Shown: positions 60,773 to 64,000 of the stretch, in pieces
Layout: each line of letters begins with the position of its first letter
How positions within the stretch are numbered: the first letter of the stretch is position 1
Assembly (NCBI GenBank): GCA_905479945.1
Contig: CAJQOP010000047.1
Span: forward strand, 6,122-70,121
Reading direction: 5' to 3'
Length of the DNA: 64,000 nt
Source of the DNA: an uncultured Glaciecola sp.
Lineage (GTDB): Bacteria; Pseudomonadota; Gammaproteobacteria; Enterobacterales; Alteromonadaceae
Translations under genes and position numbers: made by a program
Notes under the pieces: generated by a model
Told to the model about the DNA's origin: nothing
Database searches by the model: none
Seen by the model: only the letters and a program-made list of their open reading frames with translations

Positions 60773-61315
60773 ATGTCACTGTTATCTTTAAATTTAAAAT
60801 CTTTAGCTAGTGAAGCCTTTTGTCTCGACAGTATAATTCAAGATAAAAGCAAATTGCTTCAACCTTCATTAGATAGTGTTTTAACATATAAAAATCAACA
60901 TATAGTTGATGGTTTGATGTCTGGACTTGATATAGATTTGAAGATCGCAGAACAATTGTTTGAGGATGGGCTTATCTGGCTCTGGTATTGCAATAATCAT
61001 CGCTCAGAGGGGTGTCGTACTATTGATGATCCGATTCTGATTTTGGATGAGGTTTGGCATACGTTTATTTTGTATACACCGTTTTATGTCAAGTTTTGCC
61101 AGACTTATTTTGGGGATTACTTGCATCATATGCCGACATTACTAGATCACGACAACTCTCTGCCAAAACATGATCAAGCCCATTATTTAAAGCGAAAAAA
61201 AGTGCAGTTGGAGACCATCTTCGAACTTTTAGGAAGAGACGTTTTTATCCGATGGTATCATGAATACCCAGTGATATTTGATCGTAAAAAAATTCTCAAA
61301 TTACGAAAAAAATAA
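60773..61315 (+). CDS. Protein of unknown function with DExWH...FC...LHHxP motifs (glycine-rich-domain-protein / DUF1399-like)
   Basis: ILDEVWHTFILYTPFYVKFCQTYFGDYLHHMP; family assignment recalled from motif, not searched. Confidence 0.6.
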   Translation: MSLLSLNLKSLASEAFCLDSIIQDKSKLLQPSLDSVLTYKNQHIVDGLMSGLDIDLKIAEQLFEDGLIWLWYCNNHRSEGCRTIDDPILILDEVWHTFILYTPFYVKFCQTYFGDYLHHMPTLLDHDNSLPKHDQAHYLKRKKVQLETIFELLGRDVFIRWYHEYPVIFDRKKILKLRKK

Positions 61316-61339
61316 TGAATTGTTAAAAGGATAGATTTA

Positions 61340-61816
61340 GTGAATAGATACTTATTATTAATGCTATTAATGTTGGGTTTTCAAACTAAGGCAAGCGAAC
61401 AAAATAATTCGAGCAGAACTCTTGATTCAGCGACTGCTATTATGTGGTACGAGTGCAGTAACGGTGAGGCTATTTTCTATGCGGATTTTGAGGCGTTCTT
61501 TAAATTAAAAGAGACCTTGGTGAAGATAGTATCTTCCGATCCTGTTGGAAAGTTCGATAAAGTAGACCCGAATTCAGATTACAATTTTATGTATTTTAAG
61601 ATTGAGGAACCCGAACCTCGTTGGGCTGTTGGCGTATTGCTAGAGGATACGTTCATAGCTGGCGGTAAAATTTATCAGTTTGATCCAAAAATCATGGACC
61701 GTTGGCATTATCACAATGAAATGCGAGTTTTGAATAATGAAGCCGTAAAGCATATCCGGAAAGAAAGAACAGACGATACATTGAATTATTGTGGTGTAGC
61801 CAAATCAGTCCCGTAA
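61340..61816 (+). CDS. Hypothetical exported protein
   Basis: GTG start with GGATAG RBS, signal-like N-terminus, two Cys; no family recognised. Confidence 0.65.
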   Translation: MNRYLLLMLLMLGFQTKASEQNNSSRTLDSATAIMWYECSNGEAIFYADFEAFFKLKETLVKIVSSDPVGKFDKVDPNSDYNFMYFKIEEPEPRWAVGVLLEDTFIAGGKIYQFDPKIMDRWHYHNEMRVLNNEAVKHIRKERTDDTLNYCGVAKSVP

Positions 61817-62019
61817 TGCGTGCGTCAAATATAAATATTGAACTTTACAAACATCGTTAAACGCTGGATTTACCCCCCAAATTAACGATAGTAAAAAAGC
61901 TCTTTGTTTAAGTGAAAACCATACTGAAAAGACACTCATAAAAGCTCATTAAAAGTATAGTGACTAATAGAAGCAAAAATCTAACAACCGTTGGTAGCTT
62001 TACATAATAGCTAACTAAA

Positions 62020-62151
62020 GAAATCCGCGCTTATGGCAACCATGTTCCGCTTCAACCGGGCATGACCTTAAGCGCAGATATCGTGCTTGAAGAGCTCAGC
62101 TTAATAAGCTGGCTGTTTGAGCCGATTTTAAGCCTGAGAGGGCGTTTTTAA
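62020..62151 (+). pseudogene. Orphan 3' fragment (last 43 codons + stop) of an hlyD homolog
   Basis: Translates EIRAYGNHVPLQPGMTLSADIVLEELSLISWLFEPILSLRGRF*, 38/43 identical to 60369-60500. Confidence 0.92.
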
Positions 62152-62189
62152 ACCTAAATATAACTTATAAAGTCTCAAGGAGAGATAAT

Positions 62190-62417
62190 ATGCAAGAACT
62201 TAACTATAATCAAATTGAAAATGTAAGCGGTGGCGTTGATGATTCGGTAGTGGTTGCTGGATTGGCGATTACGGGGATTTCAGCCGGACTGACATTGCTT
62301 GCGGTAGGAGCTGCTTTAGTAACAGTCGGTGGAGCTGCCTACACGACAGCTACTGCACTGGGAGCTGATGACTTGGGTGAAGCGATCGGCGGTGCCATTT
62401 ACGATGCACTAAACTAA
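62190..62417 (+). CDS. Double-glycine bacteriocin/microcin-like precursor
   Basis: AAGGAG RBS; 15-aa leader MQELNYNQIENVSGG; 60-aa Gly/Ala-rich hydrophobic core. Confidence 0.85.
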   Translation: MQELNYNQIENVSGGVDDSVVVAGLAITGISAGLTLLAVGAALVTVGGAAYTTATALGADDLGEAIGGAIYDALN

Positions 62418-62495
62418 TTTGATGTAAATTACCATGCTTCAAATACTATATTTTTGGGGCATGGTTACAATATTATTATAAATGTAGGTATAAAT

Positions 62496-62687
62496 ATGAA
62501 AAAGAAAAATGGGTTGTTTTGGTTGTCATACATATTAATACTAGTGGCTTTTGTATATTTGATTCAATTAGACGGCATAATTAGTAGGTATTCTTCGACT
62601 GGAGAAATCGTAATAATAACAATTTGTTTACTAGCAGTTGGTATATTTTTTAAAAAATGGTTTGATCATTGGTATAAGTCCAAATGA
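62496..62687 (+). CDS. Small two-TM protein, candidate immunity protein
   Basis: MKKKNGLFWLSYILILVAFVYLIQ...IVIITICLLAVGIFFKKW; directly after the precursor. Confidence 0.65.
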   Translation: MKKKNGLFWLSYILILVAFVYLIQLDGIISRYSSTGEIVIITICLLAVGIFFKKWFDHWYKSK

Positions 62688-63294
62688 AGATTTTTAAAGT
62701 TGGTTAATATGTCTACCTTTCTTTTACAGTGGAACCGATAACGTATTTTAAGATTATGTTTAGAGTGATTCCTCAACCCGAAGCCTCCGGTTGTTGCGAC
62801 AATTGTAGACATAATGCTCTTGATGTCTACTGATTTATCTTTTGTTGCCATTGGTACCTTTGGTTTGTTTTATATTTTATGTGTGCAATTATTGCTGCGT
62901 TTTTTTCAGATTAAGGAAGGCCCTAGAAAGCAGTAATGACGACTACTTTAGTCGCAGGTCTATATAACTATATTGATGAGGCATATACCATTACAATATA
63001 ACTTACACCTAATATAACTGAAATCATGAGACACAACTCGATTGGGTAATACTAGAAGTTTTGCATGAAATTAGATGTTGGCATTTTACTTGGCGAGATA
63101 TCTGGCGCTTTTGTTTAGATTGCAAACAATGCTGACAAAGTAATTATAAGGGCGCAGGTTTAGGGCACCATATCTATTATTTTGTTTTTCTTTCTGATGA
63201 TTTTTTTAGCAATTTAGTTAGTAAGCAAGAAGAATTAAATGAATATTTATAAATTTGCATCGCTCTATTTAAGTGCAATTTCTCATAAGGAACC

Positions 63295-64000
63295 ATGCCA
63301 TTGATTTACCAATCAGAAGCTGCCGAATGCGGCCTAGCTTGCATGGCTATGGTTGCAAACCATCACGGTCACAAACTCGACCTAACCATCCTTAGAAATC
63401 AATATAGCGTATCATTTAAAGGCGCTAACATGCAGCAGCTCATGCGCTTGGCTGAGCAGTTAGATATGGTGGGGCGTGCCTTAAAGCTAGATTTAGATGA
63501 CTTAAAAAATCTCAAAACGCCCTGCGTGCTGCATTGGGATATGAAACACTTTGTTGTGTTAAAAAAGGTATCTGGCAATAGCATCACGATTCTCGACCCT
63601 GCCTTAGGTGAGCGTAAAGTACCAATGAGCGATGTGGGCAAATCCTTTACGGGCATTGCGCTTGAACTCACCCCCACCTCAGAATTCAAAAAAAAAGACG
63701 AGCGCGTTAAGTTAGGCATAACAGCATTTTGGACTCGCATAGATGGCTTAGCATCTTCTTTAACCAAATTATTTATTTTGTCACTTTTACTACAATTATT
63801 TCTACTCGCCTCTCCTTATTACACTCAATTAGTGGTGGATGAGGTCTTGATTAGTCAAGATCAGCCGTTGTTAGTCGTTCTGGCTATTGGTTTTGGTTTA
63901 TTGGTCCTAATTCGAATATTGACACAAACCTTTCGTAGTTGGGTGGTATTGCACTTATCCTCAATGATGAGTGTGCAGATGGCCACCAATTTGATGCGCC
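63295..64000 (+). CDS. Peptidase-domain-containing ABC transporter (C39; CvaB/MchF-like), runs off the right edge
   Basis: Not in the ORF track. Manual translation MPLIYQSEAAECGLACMAMVA...PCVLHWDMKHFVVLKK...DPALG...FTGIALELTP, then TM segments; AAGGA RBS. Confidence 0.95.
   Translation, partial: MPLIYQSEAAECGLACMAMVANHHGHKLDLTILRNQYSVSFKGANMQQLMRLAEQLDMVGRALKLDLDDLKNLKTPCVLHWDMKHFVVLKKVSGNSITILDPALGERKVPMSDVGKSFTGIALELTPTSEFKKKDERVKLGITAFWTRIDGLASSLTKLFILSLLLQLFLLASPYYTQLVVDEVLISQDQPLLVVLAIGFGLLVLIRILTQTFRSWVVLHLSSMMSVQMATNLMR

Larger units (their letters stand above)
55634..64000. mobile_element. Probable tRNA-Val-anchored genomic island (right end outside the window)
   Basis: Accessory genes begin after the tRNA; arm-like repeats, an IS and AT-rich segments (spot counts 20-25% GC in two 60-nt lines of the peptide locus versus 42% in trp lines). 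No integrase seen in the window. Confidence 0.6.

Noticed and set aside
63065-63118. MKLDVGILLGEISGA as a third functional double-glycine leader
   Set aside because: Lacks the -12 hydrophobic residue and is followed by a stop after two residues; at best a relic.
63399-63767. 122-aa minus-strand ORF
   Set aside because: Antisense shadow of the C39 ABC transporter gene.

Overview
A 64-kb chromosomal segment of a marine gammaproteobacterium; gene content and order suggest Alteromonadaceae, probably Glaciecola/Paraglaciecola-like (inference). Positions 1-55.6 kb are mostly core genome: an RND efflux pair, the yciV-yciO-scpAB-rluB-truA-accD-folC-dedD-cvpA-purF run, a complete attenuator-controlled trpEGD(CF)BA operon, a PepSY/OmpR-type two-component system, folX, c-di-GMP enzymes, ybbAP/tesA, paired amidohydrolases, dusC, gltX and five tRNAs. 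An accessory island starts at the 3' end of the second tRNA-Val (55634) and runs off the right edge. It holds an S9 peptidase, an IS110/IS1111-type element with a nonsense-mutated recombinase whose four bridge-RNA guide segments can be read directly from the sequence, and a type I secretion / double-glycine peptide locus. That locus has two modules: (1) full hlyD, a 6-Cys acidic precursor, a DExWH/LHHxP protein of unknown function and a secreted protein; (2) an orphan 132-bp diverged hlyD tail, a hydrophobic microcin-like precursor and an immunity-like gene. A C39-peptidase ABC transporter follows. The best candidate for an undescribed system is the Cys-rich peptide plus DExWH-protein module, embedded in what looks like an hlyD-anchored swappable cassette architecture. 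All homology calls come from motif recognition by eye; no searches were run.
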